Positions 28,888 through 38,937 of a stretch of 64,000 nucleotides of DNA are shown here, one piece after another. How positions within the stretch are numbered: position 1 is the first letter of the stretch; each line of letters opens with the position of its first letter. The notes under the pieces are model-generated. The model was given only the letters and a program-made list of their open reading frames with translations, had not been told where the DNA came from and searched no databases. Origin of the DNA: Gammaproteobacteria bacterium (GTDB lineage: Bacteria > Pseudomonadota > Gammaproteobacteria > Eutrophobiales > Eutrophobiaceae). Where the stretch lies: assembly GCA_965215365.1 (NCBI GenBank), contig CBDCDS010000003.1, positions 2,568,992-2,632,991 on the forward strand, in the 5' to 3' direction. The translations under genes and the position numbers were made by a program.

Positions 28888-29629
28888 GGGTACTGCGTTG
28901 CGCGTCCCAGTTGGCAGACCACACGATAGGTGGCATTTTATTGAAAGCTTCTTTCAGGTTTTTGTCCCAACTCCTTCTTATCTCACGTAAATATTCACTG
29001 TCTTCATTGAAACAGTAATATCGGTCCAAAGAGAAACTATCGGTATGGTAGATGAGCATCTCGATAGGCGGCCCCACGGTCATATTGCTCTTCATGGTGG
29101 AATCCATGGACACCATGGCGCACAGCGCGACGGTTTCTAGGTTCAACGTCGGTTCCAGGATGCGATCCAGGATGGCCTTGCCGTACTTGTCCTCGCCTAT
29201 CTGCAGATACGGCGTGTTGGTGGAGGTGGTGATATGGTTGCCCTGGGGATAAACCAAGTGTACTTCCGGCGCGGCACCGGCAATCTGCCCGCCGATAATA
29301 AAACTGGTCTCATAGTTGACACCTGAGCCGGAATGCTTTTCCTGCTGCCGCATACTGACTGTGCCGATATAATCCGCCGCCTCACTCAGCCCCGGCACCG
29401 TCATCAGGTTCAGCGGCGCGTACTGATCCATATCCCTGCGTAACTGCTGCACCACCCCTTGGGTAGTGGCAAGATTACCCGCCGATAACAATACGAACTG
29501 CCGATCGCCCTGAGCCCCAAAGCGGTGCATCTTGCTGTACGTGCTGACATTGTCGATACCCGCATTAGTGCGGGAGTCGGACGTAAACACCAGCCCTGTC
29601 TCTGTCGTTATGGCTACGCAATAGGTCAC
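28877..29629 (-). CDS. Anbu-type proteasome-like (Ntn) peptidase
   Basis: N-terminal 'MTYC', 'SDSRTNAGID', 'AGNLATTQ', 'QIGEDKYGK', 'SMDSTMKSN.TVGPP'. Confidence 0.9.
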   Translation of the reverse strand: MTYCVAITTETGLVFTSDSRTNAGIDNVSTYSKMHRFGAQGDRQFVLLSAGNLATTQGVVQQLRRDMDQYAPLNLMTVPGLSEAADYIGTVSMRQQEKHSGSGVNYETSFIIGGQIAGAAPEVHLVYPQGNHITTSTNTPYLQIGEDKYGKAILDRILEPTLNLETVALCAMVSMDSTMKSNMTVGPPIEMLIYHTDSFSLDRYYCFNEDSEYLREIRRSWDKNLKEAFNKMPPIVWSANWDAQRSTLNT

Positions 29630-29755
29630 AATACGCCTGCTTGATACTTGAGGTCACCTCTGATTTTAGAGACGCCCTTGAGGTTGAGTGATGCTGACTT
29701 TAGCGTTCTTTACCGCCCCCGGTCAAGAGGAAAGTTGCGACTCCGGTGAGCAACA

Positions 29756-30697
29756 TCAGAAATGCCTGTACCCCGTGGCTTGAGGGATATATTCACTGCC
29801 ATCCCGATGCCGGCAGCGCAACCCTTGTTGCGCCGTGATCGCGCCGATACGGTAGTGCGGCTGGCCGAGCGGCGCCAGTGCCTGCGCCCGGTCTGGAGGG
29901 ACGGTGAAGCACAGTTCGTAGTCATCACCACCGCTGAGGAGGTGGCGCCATTTTTGTGTGGGGTCGCACTTGTCATCCAGGCTTTCATGGTATGGGATCG
30001 CGTCAATATCGAGCCGGGCGCCGACATGGCTGGCGTTGAGCAGGTGCCCCAGGTCGGCCAGCAGGCCGTCCGAGATGTCGATCATGGCACTGGCGATGCC
30101 ACGTAGTGAGAGTCCCAGTGCCACGCGTGGCAGCGGGCGCAGCAAGCGGGTGAGGCAGGTTGGGTCGGGCTTGTGGCCGGACTTGAGTTGTGCCAACGCC
30201 CAAGCGGCGCTGCCCAGTGGACCGCTGATATAGATCAAATCGCCGGCCCTGGCACCACTGCGCCGCAGCGCCTGCCCTTGCAGGCACTCACCCAAGGCGC
30301 AGATAGTGATGGCCGGCGGGCCTTGGCAGAGGTCGCCGCCTACCAGCGCGAGCTGATGTTCCCGGGCCAGTTGCGCCAGACCGGCGCTGAAACCGTCCAG
30401 CCAGGTATGGGTCGTTTCGGTCTCTGAAAGGGTCAGCGCCAAGGTAAACCAGCGCGGCGCGGCGCCCATGGCAGCCAGATCGCTGAGATTCACGGCGAGC
30501 GCCTTGTAACCGATAGCGGCCGGCTCGGCCTCAGGGAAATAATGCACCCCGGCTACCAGAGTGTCGGTGGTAACCACCAGCTGGGAGCCCGGCGCAACGG
30601 CCAGTAGCGCGGCATCATCACCCACCCCCAGCGCCACCCCACGCCCTTCAGGAGTGAGCCGGGTAAAGTATTTTTCAATGAGCTCGAATTCTGTCAA
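29756..30697 (-). CDS. thiL: Thiamine-monophosphate kinase
   Basis: 'EFELI', 'GVGDDAA', 'NLSDLAAMGA', 'DISDGL', 'GGDDYELCF'. Confidence 0.95.
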   Translation of the reverse strand: MTEFELIEKYFTRLTPEGRGVALGVGDDAALLAVAPGSQLVVTTDTLVAGVHYFPEAEPAAIGYKALAVNLSDLAAMGAAPRWFTLALTLSETETTHTWLDGFSAGLAQLAREHQLALVGGDLCQGPPAITICALGECLQGQALRRSGARAGDLIYISGPLGSAAWALAQLKSGHKPDPTCLTRLLRPLPRVALGLSLRGIASAMIDISDGLLADLGHLLNASHVGARLDIDAIPYHESLDDKCDPTQKWRHLLSGGDDYELCFTVPPDRAQALAPLGQPHYRIGAITAQQGLRCRHRDGSEYIPQATGYRHF

Positions 30698-30701
30698 GGG
30701 A

Positions 30702-31160
30702 CTACACAGTTGCGCGTTCCTGCGGCCGCAGTTGCCGCGCGGCGCGGTCCAGAACACCGTTGATGTACTTATAAGAATCTTCGGCGCCGAACATGCGCGC
30801 CAGTTCTACGGACTCATTCAGCACGACCCGCACCGGCACTTGCGGCTGGTGCAGGAGTTCATACAGACCCAGGTGCAGCACCGCCCGGGTCACCGGGTCC
30901 AGTGCATCCGGTGCGCGGTCCAGCAACGGGGCCAAGGCATCGCTGAGTGCGCCGGCGTTGGCGGCAATGCCAGACAGCAGCTCGCGAAAATAGTCTCCAT
31001 CGGCTTTTTTTATTTCCTTGCGTTCCTGTTCAAACTCGGCGATGATCGCGGACATTGGTTGTCCGGTCAACAACCACTGATACAACGCCTGCACGGCAGA
31101 ACGCCGCGCCCGCACCCGGGCCGATGGATTGACCTTCTTGATTTTAGTCTTCTCTGTCAT
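30702..31160 (-). CDS. nusB: Transcription antitermination factor NusB
   Basis: 'RARRSAVQALYQW', 'KYINGVLD'. Confidence 0.95.
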   Translation of the reverse strand: MTEKTKIKKVNPSARVRARRSAVQALYQWLLTGQPMSAIIAEFEQERKEIKKADGDYFRELLSGIAANAGALSDALAPLLDRAPDALDPVTRAVLHLGLYELLHQPQVPVRVVLNESVELARMFGAEDSYKYINGVLDRAARQLRPQERATV

Positions 31161-32257
31161 CTGCGCGTTTTATATATAAATTTCCAGTCTGCCTCGAGGC
31201 GCTGGTAATCTACCAATTCCAGTTCCCAGCGCTGCTCCATGCGCGTCAGGGTGGGGAGCGCCGCCATGCCGACGGCGGTGCAACCCAGTATCACCGGCGC
31301 CTGATACACCACCAGTTCGTCGAGCAGACCGTGTTGCAACAGGCTGCCGGTCAGCGTGGCGCCAGCCTCCAGTAACAGGTCGTTCACCTCGTAGTCCCGC
31401 GCCAGCATCCGTAACACGTTGTCAGCAAATTCGTCCTTGCCGCCCGCAACAAGGCGCACCTCGGCACCGGCGCGCACCAGCTCCTCACGGCGCCGTTCAT
31501 CCCCATTACGGGTAAACACGATGGTGGCGCCGTCCAGGCTCAGCATCCGGGCCGCAGCGGGAAAGCGCAAGGCGCGGTCCAGCACTACGCGCAGCGGTTG
31601 CCTGCCGCCGGTGTCACAAGCCCGCACGTTCAGGCGCGGGTCATCGGCAAGCACGGTGTTGATGCCGGTCATCACTGCCGAACTTGCTGCGCGCAAGGCT
31701 TGCACATCGCGGCGGGAGGCGGCGCCGGTAATCCAGCGGCTCTCGCCCCCGGCCAATGCCGTTTTGCCATCAAGGCTGATGGCGGACTTGGCGCGCAAGT
31801 ATGGGCGGGCGCGAGTCATCCTAGAAAAAAAACCCTTGTTCAGCGCCGTTGCCGCCGGTTCCATAAGGCCGGTTTCAACCTTGATGCCGGCGTCGCGCAG
31901 CGCGCTGAGGCCGGCGCCCGCCACTTGCGGATTCGGGTCGCGCACGGCTGCCACAACCCGGCTGATCCCGGCCTGAATCAGAGCGGTGGTACAGGGCGGC
32001 GTGCGTCCCTGGTGAGCGCAGGGCTCCAGCGTGACGTAAACGGTGGCGCCGTGCAAATTGCCGCTGGCGTCGCGCAACGCGTTGAGCTCGGCATGGGGTT
32101 CTCCGGCCCGGCGATGCCAGCCGCAACCCAGTATGGCTCCATCCCTGGCGACCACGCACCCTACCCTGGGATTGGGGTGGGTGGTAAAGCAGCCGCGTGC
32201 GGCCAGTTCCAAAGCGCGTGCCATACAGGCAGAATCGGCGGCGCTCCAGGCCATCAA
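31157..32257 (-). CDS. ribD: Riboflavin biosynthesis deaminase/reductase
   Basis: 'PNPRVGCV', 'HAE', '[13 protein letters not shown]', 'SLDGKTA', 'SRWIT'. Confidence 0.95.
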   Translation of the reverse strand: MMAWSAADSACMARALELAARGCFTTHPNPRVGCVVARDGAILGCGWHRRAGEPHAELNALRDASGNLHGATVYVTLEPCAHQGRTPPCTTALIQAGISRVVAAVRDPNPQVAGAGLSALRDAGIKVETGLMEPAATALNKGFFSRMTRARPYLRAKSAISLDGKTALAGGESRWITGAASRRDVQALRAASSAVMTGINTVLADDPRLNVRACDTGGRQPLRVVLDRALRFPAAARMLSLDGATIVFTRNGDERRREELVRAGAEVRLVAGGKDEFADNVLRMLARDYEVNDLLLEAGATLTGSLLQHGLLDELVVYQAPVILGCTAVGMAALPTLTRMEQRWELELVDYQRLEADWKFIYKTRR

Positions 32258-32760
32258 TTGCTGGTTTCGTTGAGCAGGTCCAACTGTGATTTTTTCAGTT
32301 CCGGGGGCATTTCACTTTCCAGTCGCGCGATCTCATCGAGAAACTCCCTGACATCGTCAAAACTCTGGTACACGGAAGCAAAGCGGAGATAGGCGACCTC
32401 ATCGACAGATTTCAGTTCTTCCATCACCCACTCCCCCACCTTCCCGGACTTGACTTCGCGCTCTCCTAGGGAACGCAGCTTGTGCTTGATGTGAGCAATA
32501 GCTATCTCCACCTTCTGCGTTGTCACCGGGCGTTTTTCTAGGGAACGTAATATACCGGCGCGCAGCTTGTCCTCCGTGAACTGCTCGCGCCGGCCATCGG
32601 ACTTGATGATGCGGGGGTAGCTGAATTCCGCGGCCTCGTAAGTGGTAAAACGTTCCTTGCACTCCAAGCACTCGCGCCGTCGCCGCACCTGATCACCCTC
32701 ATCGGCCAGCCTGGAATCGATGACCCGGGTATCTTCATAAGAGCAGAACGGACAGCGCAT
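32254..32760 (-). CDS. nrdR: Transcriptional repressor NrdR
   Basis: 'MRCPFC...RRRREC..C..RFTTYE', 'AYLRFASVY'. Confidence 0.96.
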   Translation of the reverse strand: MRCPFCSYEDTRVIDSRLADEGDQVRRRRECLECKERFTTYEAAEFSYPRIIKSDGRREQFTEDKLRAGILRSLEKRPVTTQKVEIAIAHIKHKLRSLGEREVKSGKVGEWVMEELKSVDEVAYLRFASVYQSFDDVREFLDEIARLESEMPPELKKSQLDLLNETSN

Positions 32761-32783
32761 GATGCTGATTGGCGTCGGGGAGG

Positions 32784-34037
32784 TCAGCCATACATCGGAA
32801 ACCGCTTACACAAGGCCTGCGCTGCGCTTTTGACTCTGCCCAGTAGCGCGTCGTCACCCATGTTATCGATCACATCGCAGATCCAGTTGGCCACTTCGGC
32901 CGCCTCGGCTTCCTTGAAACCACGGGTGGTAATCGACGGCGTGCCGATGCGGATGCCGCTGGTCACAAATGGCGAGTGCGGGTCATTCGGCACGGCATTC
33001 TTGTTGACGGTGATATGCGCCCGATCCAGCGCTGCATCCAGCTCCTTGCCGGTGATGCCCTTGCCGATCAAGCTGACCAGAAATAAGTGGTTGTCGGTGC
33101 CGCCGGAGACAATATCCACACCGCGCTGCATGAATACCGAGGCCATGGCGCGCGCATTCGCGATGACCTGTTGCTGGTAGGCTTTGAACGCCGGCTCCAT
33201 GGCTTCCTTGAACGCCACGGCCTTGGCCGCGATGACATGCATCAAGGGGCCGCCCTGGTAGCTGGGAAACACGGTGAAATTCAGTTTTTTCTCTATCTCC
33301 GGGTTGGCCCGGGCTAGGATCAGACCGGCGCGCGGGCCGCGCAAAGTTTTGTGGGTGGTGGTGGTGGTGACATCCGCAATCTGCACCGGGCTGGGATACA
33401 AACCGGTGGCGATCAAGCCGGCGACATGGGCAATATCAGCGACCAGATAGGCACCCACTTTATCGGCGATCTCCCGGAAGCGCGGCCAGTCCAGCTTGCG
33501 TGAATACGCGGAAAACCCGGTCATAACCAGCTTCGGCCGGTGTTCCAGGGCCAGCTGTTCTGCCGCGTCATAATCGATCTCGCCGGTGTCCGTATTCAGG
33601 CCGTACTGCACCGCCCGGTAAACGCGCCCGGAGACATTGACCGAGGCGCCGTGGGTCAGGTGCCCGCCGTGCGCCAGACTCATGCCCATGATGGTGTCGC
33701 CCGGCTGGCACAGTGCCAGATATACGGCACCGTTGGCCTGGGAGCCGGAATGCGGCTGTACATTGGCATAATCGGCGTCGAACAACTGTTTGGCGCGGTC
33801 AATGGCAAGCTGCTCGACCACATCCACGTACTCACAGCCACCGTAGTAGCGCTTGCCGGGATAGCCCTCGGCATACTTGTTGGTCAGCACCGAACCCTGC
33901 GCTTCCAGCACCCTGGGGCTGACGTTATTTTCCGACGCAATCAGTTCGATGTGTTCTTCCTGCCGGGTGCGCTCGCCTTGCATAGCCTGATAGAGCGCCT
34001 CGTCGTAACCGGCAATGTTCATGTTGTTATTGAACAT
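32784..34037 (-). CDS. glyA: Serine hydroxymethyltransferase
   Basis: 'ELIASEN', '[14 protein letters not shown]', '[12 protein letters not shown]'. Confidence 0.97.
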   Translation of the reverse strand: MFNNNMNIAGYDEALYQAMQGERTRQEEHIELIASENNVSPRVLEAQGSVLTNKYAEGYPGKRYYGGCEYVDVVEQLAIDRAKQLFDADYANVQPHSGSQANGAVYLALCQPGDTIMGMSLAHGGHLTHGASVNVSGRVYRAVQYGLNTDTGEIDYDAAEQLALEHRPKLVMTGFSAYSRKLDWPRFREIADKVGAYLVADIAHVAGLIATGLYPSPVQIADVTTTTTHKTLRGPRAGLILARANPEIEKKLNFTVFPSYQGGPLMHVIAAKAVAFKEAMEPAFKAYQQQVIANARAMASVFMQRGVDIVSGGTDNHLFLVSLIGKGITGKELDAALDRAHITVNKNAVPNDPHSPFVTSGIRIGTPSITTRGFKEAEAAEVANWICDVIDNMGDDALLGRVKSAAQALCKRFPMYG

Positions 34038-34117
34038 GCTTCACCCTGTCTTTGAGATTGAAACCCTATTATAAAGTATTATGGGGACATCCGTGGCACC
34101 TGAGCAGAGGTGACAGG

Positions 34118-35335
34118 CTACTCATGCTTCTGCAAGACTAGGCGGTAGCATTGCAGGCGGTTGCGCAGGAAGCAATGGGCGGAACCCCACAGGTAAAGGC
34201 GGAAACGGCGGTAGTCGGCTTCACCGAATTTGTTGATGATGAATTCGCGGTTGGAGTCGAAGCGCTGAGCCCAGTGGCGAAACGTCAGGTAGTAACTGTA
34301 CCGGTCATCCCAAACTCCTTTGAGGTCGAAGGGCTTGAGCGCCAGCGCGCGCAGGAAATCGTGCAGAACGAAGAAAGAGTGGTTACCCGGATAGATGTGT
34401 CTGGTAATAAACGATGACTTCTGGTATTTGCGCGGGATGGCGCTGGCATCCAGAAACACGTAGCCGCCGGGCTTGAGCAGGCGGTCAAAACAGGCCAGTA
34501 CCGCGTCATAATTCGGCAGGTGCTCCATCACCCCGAGAATGGCAATCGCGTCGAATTGCCGGTCGGGGCGATACTCCAGCACATCCACCAGCTCGGTGGT
34601 TATCGGCAGGTCTGTCTGCGCAACCAGTTCCTGCATGAACTTCAGGGATTGTTCGGCAATGGTAACGCCGGTCACCCGTATGCCCCGACGCGCCGCGTAT
34701 TCCGCAAACGAACCCCAGCCCACACCTATGTCCAGCACCTCACTGCCGGGCGTCATCCGGCACTGTTCGAGAATGAATGCCATTTTGCGGCGTATCGCAT
34801 CGGACAACAGCTCGTCGGGAGTCTCGAATATACCTTGGGTATAGCAACGGAATTCCTCGTCCAGGAATGAGAGGTAGAAGGAATGGTCGCGTTCATAGTG
34901 CGCGCCGATCGCCTTCCGGTTGACGGCAACCTGTCCCAGCAGCAACGGCGACAGCGCGCGCCACAGCCGCATCAACAGGTGGCGATCCTGCAAGTGTGTG
35001 CGCAAGTCATAGACTTCGATGATGTTCCCCTGCACATCAAACCAGCCGTTGATGTAGGCGTTGGCGATGACCCCCTCGTCAAACGTGGCAATGGCGCGCA
35101 CCGCCCTGGGGTCGGCGATATCCAGCCTGAAACCGGGCGCGCCGGCGCCGATATGATGCTTGCTGCCATCCGGCAACACCAGCTCGAAACAGACCGGGCT
35201 GGTGCCGAAGCGCCGGGACATCAACTGTACCAGCCGCGCTGCTTGTTGTTGCAAGCTACTGTTTGCCGTTACCGGCAAGGCGCGCCCGCCGGATTGTTGA
35301 GAGTTATCAACGGCATCCTCTACAATATGTGCCAT
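34118..35335 (-). CDS. Cyclopropane-fatty-acyl-phospholipid synthase-like SAM methyltransferase
   Basis: 'HYE...FY..FLD', 'VLDIGVGWG', 'GVMEH', 'FITRHIYPG'; start at ATG 35335 is a best guess. Confidence 0.8.
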   Translation of the reverse strand: MAHIVEDAVDNSQQSGGRALPVTANSSLQQQAARLVQLMSRRFGTSPVCFELVLPDGSKHHIGAGAPGFRLDIADPRAVRAIATFDEGVIANAYINGWFDVQGNIIEVYDLRTHLQDRHLLMRLWRALSPLLLGQVAVNRKAIGAHYERDHSFYLSFLDEEFRCYTQGIFETPDELLSDAIRRKMAFILEQCRMTPGSEVLDIGVGWGSFAEYAARRGIRVTGVTIAEQSLKFMQELVAQTDLPITTELVDVLEYRPDRQFDAIAILGVMEHLPNYDAVLACFDRLLKPGGYVFLDASAIPRKYQKSSFITRHIYPGNHSFFVLHDFLRALALKPFDLKGVWDDRYSYYLTFRHWAQRFDSNREFIINKFGEADYRRFRLYLWGSAHCFLRNRLQCYRLVLQKHE

Positions 35336-35364
35336 ACTATACCGAACCCTTTGTTGCTCTAGGT

Positions 35365-35449
35365 TAGCCCGCAGGGGGCGCCCCAAGGAAGGGGCGCATC
35401 ACAAAATCCGCCGCGATCTTCGCATCACTTAGTGAGATATGCGGGTTAG
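35365..35449. repeat. Possible miniature inverted-repeat element (tagcccgca ... tgcgggtta) containing the dispersed repeat
   Basis: Imperfect terminal IR; 3' part matches 304-326 and 57640-57665. Confidence 0.5.
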
Positions 35450-35476
35450 AGTATTGCAAACGGGTTGCTATGACAA
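35448..35476 (-). promoter_or_regulatory. sigma70-type promoter for the CFA-like methyltransferase
   Basis: Minus strand TTGTCA (35476-35471), 17 nt, TACTCT (35453-35448). Confidence 0.6.
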
Positions 35477-35481
35477 CCCCG

Positions 35482-36613
35482 TGTCCAGGTTCAATACATA
35501 TGAGACTCAGAGGCAGGCTGTGTGAGTTGTTGATAATACTCCATTGGGGTTAATAAACCAATACCGTCATGCGGGCGGTAGGTATTGTAGTATTGCTGAT
35601 ACTCTGCCAGTTTGCGGTTGATGGCGGCCACGGTCAGTGGGCCCTCGTAGAACGGATAGAACTCATAGCGGCTGGTGGCATTGGCGCGTTCTACACAGCC
35701 GTTGTATTCGGGTTTTTTCGGGGGCAGCACGTACAGGGGGATTCCTAAGTCCTGGCAAGCCTGCTCGAACTCATCTCGGAACTCCGAGCCGCCATCGACC
35801 TGGATAGAACGGATGGGAAACGGCGCCTCACCGAGCAGCGCTTTTAAGAAGCGCCGGGCATTGCCACTGGTGGCCCGACTGTAGGCTCGCAGCGCACTCC
35901 ATTTGCTCACCGGACAGACGGCCTTGAACTCCTTCACCGTGATGCCGTCCGTGAAGCCGACACTCATGTGGTCTATCTGCATCAACTCCCCTGGCGCCTT
36001 AGCCTTCATCCCGTAGCGCCAGCGCTTGGCATGATGGGTAAACGCCCGGCGGCGCTTAGGCTTCACCCGGCCATAGTAAAACGCCACCGGCTTGACCCGA
36101 CCCAGCCGCACCAGCTTCGCCACGATGCGCCCGACCGTACTCTCGCTCAAAGTCCAGCCCTGCTCGCGCACCCCCACCCGCCAGAGCTTACGCTTACCCC
36201 ATAACGGATAACGTTGGCGAAGGTGCAAGACCTGCTGCTCGTGCTGGCGCGTCCATTGCGGCACACGCCGCCGCCGCGGCGCACGAGAGCCACACCCCAG
36301 ACCCTTCAGCCCATGTTCACGATACCGCTTCAACCAACGGTAGTAGGTCGCCCTCGACCAACCTACTGCTGCCAGTGCCGTCGCCTCACCACACCCATCC
36401 TCGCGTAACGTCGCAACCAATTCCAACTGCTTCAAACGACCGCGCGCGTCAGCATCGGTAGTATCATCGACGCGCCAACTGCGATATGATTTCACCCGCA
36501 GGCTTTTGATCTGCATCGGGTAGTCCTCCTGTGTCAATTAGTTGAGATTAATTCACACACAGACTACCCGATTTCTTTATCTAAAGAGTCTCACTTGTTT
36601 CTGAACCCGGACA
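35482..36613 (-). mobile_element. Intact IS481-family insertion sequence, 5-bp target duplication CCCCG
   Basis: TGT...ACA ends with imperfect ~28-bp IRs (tgtccaggttcaatacatatgagactc / tgtccgggttcagaaacaagtgagactc); ccccg at 35477-35481 and 36614-36618. Confidence 0.92.
35491..36516 (-). CDS. IS481-family DDE transposase
   Basis: HTH 'GWSRATYYRW', 'PGELMQID', 'IQVDGGSEF', 'NGCVER', 'YNTYRPH'; GGAGG RBS before ATG 36516. Confidence 0.92.
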   Translation of the reverse strand: MQIKSLRVKSYRSWRVDDTTDADARGRLKQLELVATLREDGCGEATALAAVGWSRATYYRWLKRYREHGLKGLGCGSRAPRRRRVPQWTRQHEQQVLHLRQRYPLWGKRKLWRVGVREQGWTLSESTVGRIVAKLVRLGRVKPVAFYYGRVKPKRRRAFTHHAKRWRYGMKAKAPGELMQIDHMSVGFTDGITVKEFKAVCPVSKWSALRAYSRATSGNARRFLKALLGEAPFPIRSIQVDGGSEFRDEFEQACQDLGIPLYVLPPKKPEYNGCVERANATSRYEFYPFYEGPLTVAAINRKLAEYQQYYNTYRPHDGIGLLTPMEYYQQLTQPASESHMY

Positions 36614-36630
36614 CCCCGAAAGCATTTTCC

Positions 36631-37350
36631 ATGAACCATTCCCAAGATAATATCGACCCGAATAATATCAGTCCGGCAGAGGTTGCCAAATTCGAGCGCC
36701 TCGCGCAGCACTGGTGGGACGCCTCCGGGCCCATGCAAACCCTGCATGACATCAACCCGGCGCGGCTCGCCTATATCAGCGCGCAGGTGTCGCTGCCAGG
36801 TCGGCGCGTGCTGGATGTGGGTTGTGGCGGCGGCATCCTGACGGAAGCTCTGGCGCGCCAGGGCGCGAATGTACAGGGACTGGATGCCGGCGCGGAGATC
36901 ATCCGGGTGGCGCAGCAACACGCGCTGGACACCGGCCTAGAGATAGCCTACAGCAACGCTGCACTGGAGGATTTTGTCGGCAACAATAGCGACAATTTTG
37001 AGGTCATCACCTGCATGGAACTGCTGGAACATGTGCCGGATCCGGAACAGTTATTGCGCGCCTGCGGGCGGGCACTGGCGCCCGGCGGCCACCTGTTCCT
37101 GGCCACCATCAACCGCAACCTGAAATCCTATGCCAGCGCTATCCTGGGCGCGGAACGACTGTTACGGCTGCTGCCCGCTGGCACCCATGACTACGCCGCC
37201 TTCATCCGCCCGGCGGAGCTGCAACGCTGGCTGCGCCGCGCCGGTTTCAAGACGCTGGATATCAGCGGCATGTTGTATGTCCCCGGCCTCAGGTACTGCG
37301 CCCTGATTGACGACCCGGGCGTTAATTACCTGGTTCATGCGCGGCGATGA
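36631..37350 (+). CDS. ubiG: Ubiquinone biosynthesis O-methyltransferase
   Basis: 'EVAKFERLAQHWWD', 'LDVGCGGGIL', 'CMELLEHVPDP', 'GTHDY'. Confidence 0.95.
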   Translation: MNHSQDNIDPNNISPAEVAKFERLAQHWWDASGPMQTLHDINPARLAYISAQVSLPGRRVLDVGCGGGILTEALARQGANVQGLDAGAEIIRVAQQHALDTGLEIAYSNAALEDFVGNNSDNFEVITCMELLEHVPDPEQLLRACGRALAPGGHLFLATINRNLKSYASAILGAERLLRLLPAGTHDYAAFIRPAELQRWLRRAGFKTLDISGMLYVPGLRYCALIDDPGVNYLVHARR

Positions 37351-38012
37351 ACAAGCACATCAAATGCGTGCTGTTCGATCTGGACGGCACCCTGGTGGAC
37401 ACCGCCCCGGACATGGCTTTTGCGCTGAACCAGACCTTGCTCAGGCATGGCCGGGCGCCGTTGCCGGCGGCAGTGATTCGCCCCAGCGTTTCCATGGGCG
37501 GCGTAGCGCTGGTGAAACTGGCTTTTCGGCTGGACGAGGCCGATCCGGCGTTTACCGGGCTGCGTGATGAATTTCTGACAATCTACCGGGCCAACCTGTG
37601 CCGGGACAGCCGTCTGTTTCCCGGCATGGAACAGGTGTTGAGCACACTGGAGCAAAGCGGCCTTAGCTGGGGCATTGTCACGAACAAACCAGGCTGGCTG
37701 ACCCAGCCGCTGATGCAGGCGTTGGCGCTGGATACCCGCGCCCCCTGCATCGTTTCCGGCGACACGTTGACACAACGCAAACCGCACCCCGCACCCCTGC
37801 TCCATGCCTGCCGACTGCTGCGCCGGACACCGGAGGAAACCGTCTATGTCGGTGACGACCGACGCGACATGCAGGCCGGCAACAGTGCTGGCACCGCCAC
37901 GCTGGCCGCAGCCTATGGCTATATCGGCCCCGGCGAAGACCCGCACAGCTGGGGCGCGGACGGCTTGCTGGAGCATCCGCAACAAATCCTGCCCTGGCTT
38001 GGTCGGCAATGA
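37347..38012 (+). CDS. gph: HAD phosphatase (phosphoglycolate phosphatase/MupP-like)
   Basis: 'LFDLDGTLVDTAPD', 'TNK', 'KPHP', 'YVGDD..D'; ubiG-gph synteny. Confidence 0.85.
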   Translation: MNKHIKCVLFDLDGTLVDTAPDMAFALNQTLLRHGRAPLPAAVIRPSVSMGGVALVKLAFRLDEADPAFTGLRDEFLTIYRANLCRDSRLFPGMEQVLSTLEQSGLSWGIVTNKPGWLTQPLMQALALDTRAPCIVSGDTLTQRKPHPAPLLHACRLLRRTPEETVYVGDDRRDMQAGNSAGTATLAAAYGYIGPGEDPHSWGADGLLEHPQQILPWLGRQ

Positions 38013-38022
38013 GCCCAAGGCA

Positions 38023-38847
38023 ATGAGCCCGGAGGAATACTGTCGCAACAAGGCCGCGCCAGCCGGTTCCAACCTGTATTACGCCGGCTTGTACCACCCA
38101 CGGCAACAACGGCGTCGACTGCATGCCTTGTTCGCCTTGTTGCATGAACTTAATGTGGTCGTCTATCGCGCCTCAGACCCCGGCGCCGCGCGGGTTACCC
38201 TGTACTGGTGGCTGGAAGAGCTCGGCAGGTTGTTTGCCGGCGCCGCCAGACATCCCGTTACCCGGGAGCTGAGCGCACTTGAGTATGCAGATTACCTCTC
38301 ACCACAGGCGCTGTCAGGCTGTGTCGCAACTTTGTCACGGTTGCTCGACATGCCAGAGAGCGGCCCCTACCGGGACTGGCTGGCGCGCCATGAGGCCGGC
38401 GCCGGTTACATCTGGGAGGCGGCAGGGCGAGCCTGTGGCGACAGCAACCAGGAGCAGCTCGCGGCGCTGGCCCGCGCCGGCGCCTGTCACGGCGCGTTCG
38501 AACTGCTGCACCATAGCAACGGCCTTGCCGGCCTGGGGCTCAATGTCTTCCCGTCCGACCTGCTGGCCGCCCGGCATCTCAGCTTGGACACTGTGGTCGG
38601 GTCTGACGCCGGCGCCCACTCGCAAGAGTTCTTCAACGCGCTGTTTCAACAACTGCACGATGAGCTGCGCGACTGCCGGAACGCCCTGCAACAAACCGCG
38701 CCCCGCCCGCCCCTGTTCTCACTCACCCTGCTGGAGATACTGCGCATCCTGTGCCGCAAATACCAGCGCGCCAGACCGCCGATTACTCATCAACATCAGG
38801 GCCTGACTCCCTTAAGAAAACTCTGGCTGGCGTGGCAGGCACGATAA
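38023..38847 (+). CDS. Squalene/phytoene synthase-family (HpnD-like) protein, degenerate
   Basis: 'MSPEEYCRNKAAPAGSNLYY', 'HPV', 'LTPLRKLWLAW' of HpnD-like proteins next to ubiG-gph, but DDxxD motifs are absent. Confidence 0.75.
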   Translation: MSPEEYCRNKAAPAGSNLYYAGLYHPRQQRRRLHALFALLHELNVVVYRASDPGAARVTLYWWLEELGRLFAGAARHPVTRELSALEYADYLSPQALSGCVATLSRLLDMPESGPYRDWLARHEAGAGYIWEAAGRACGDSNQEQLAALARAGACHGAFELLHHSNGLAGLGLNVFPSDLLAARHLSLDTVVGSDAGAHSQEFFNALFQQLHDELRDCRNALQQTAPRPPLFSLTLLEILRILCRKYQRARPPITHQHQGLTPLRKLWLAWQAR

Positions 38848-38937
38848 GCCATCACTGCGGGGCATTTTTCCAGCGGATACCGGGTCAGTCCCGGGATAGC
38901 GAACAAGGGCGTTCTATCCGGCTCTGGCTTGGCCGGG

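Noticed and set aside
36460-36516. Transposase N-terminus (MQIKSLRVKSYRS) resembling the start of OLD/SMC-type ATPases
   Set aside because: Only ~13 residues, with no Walker A following; insufficient evidence for a fusion.
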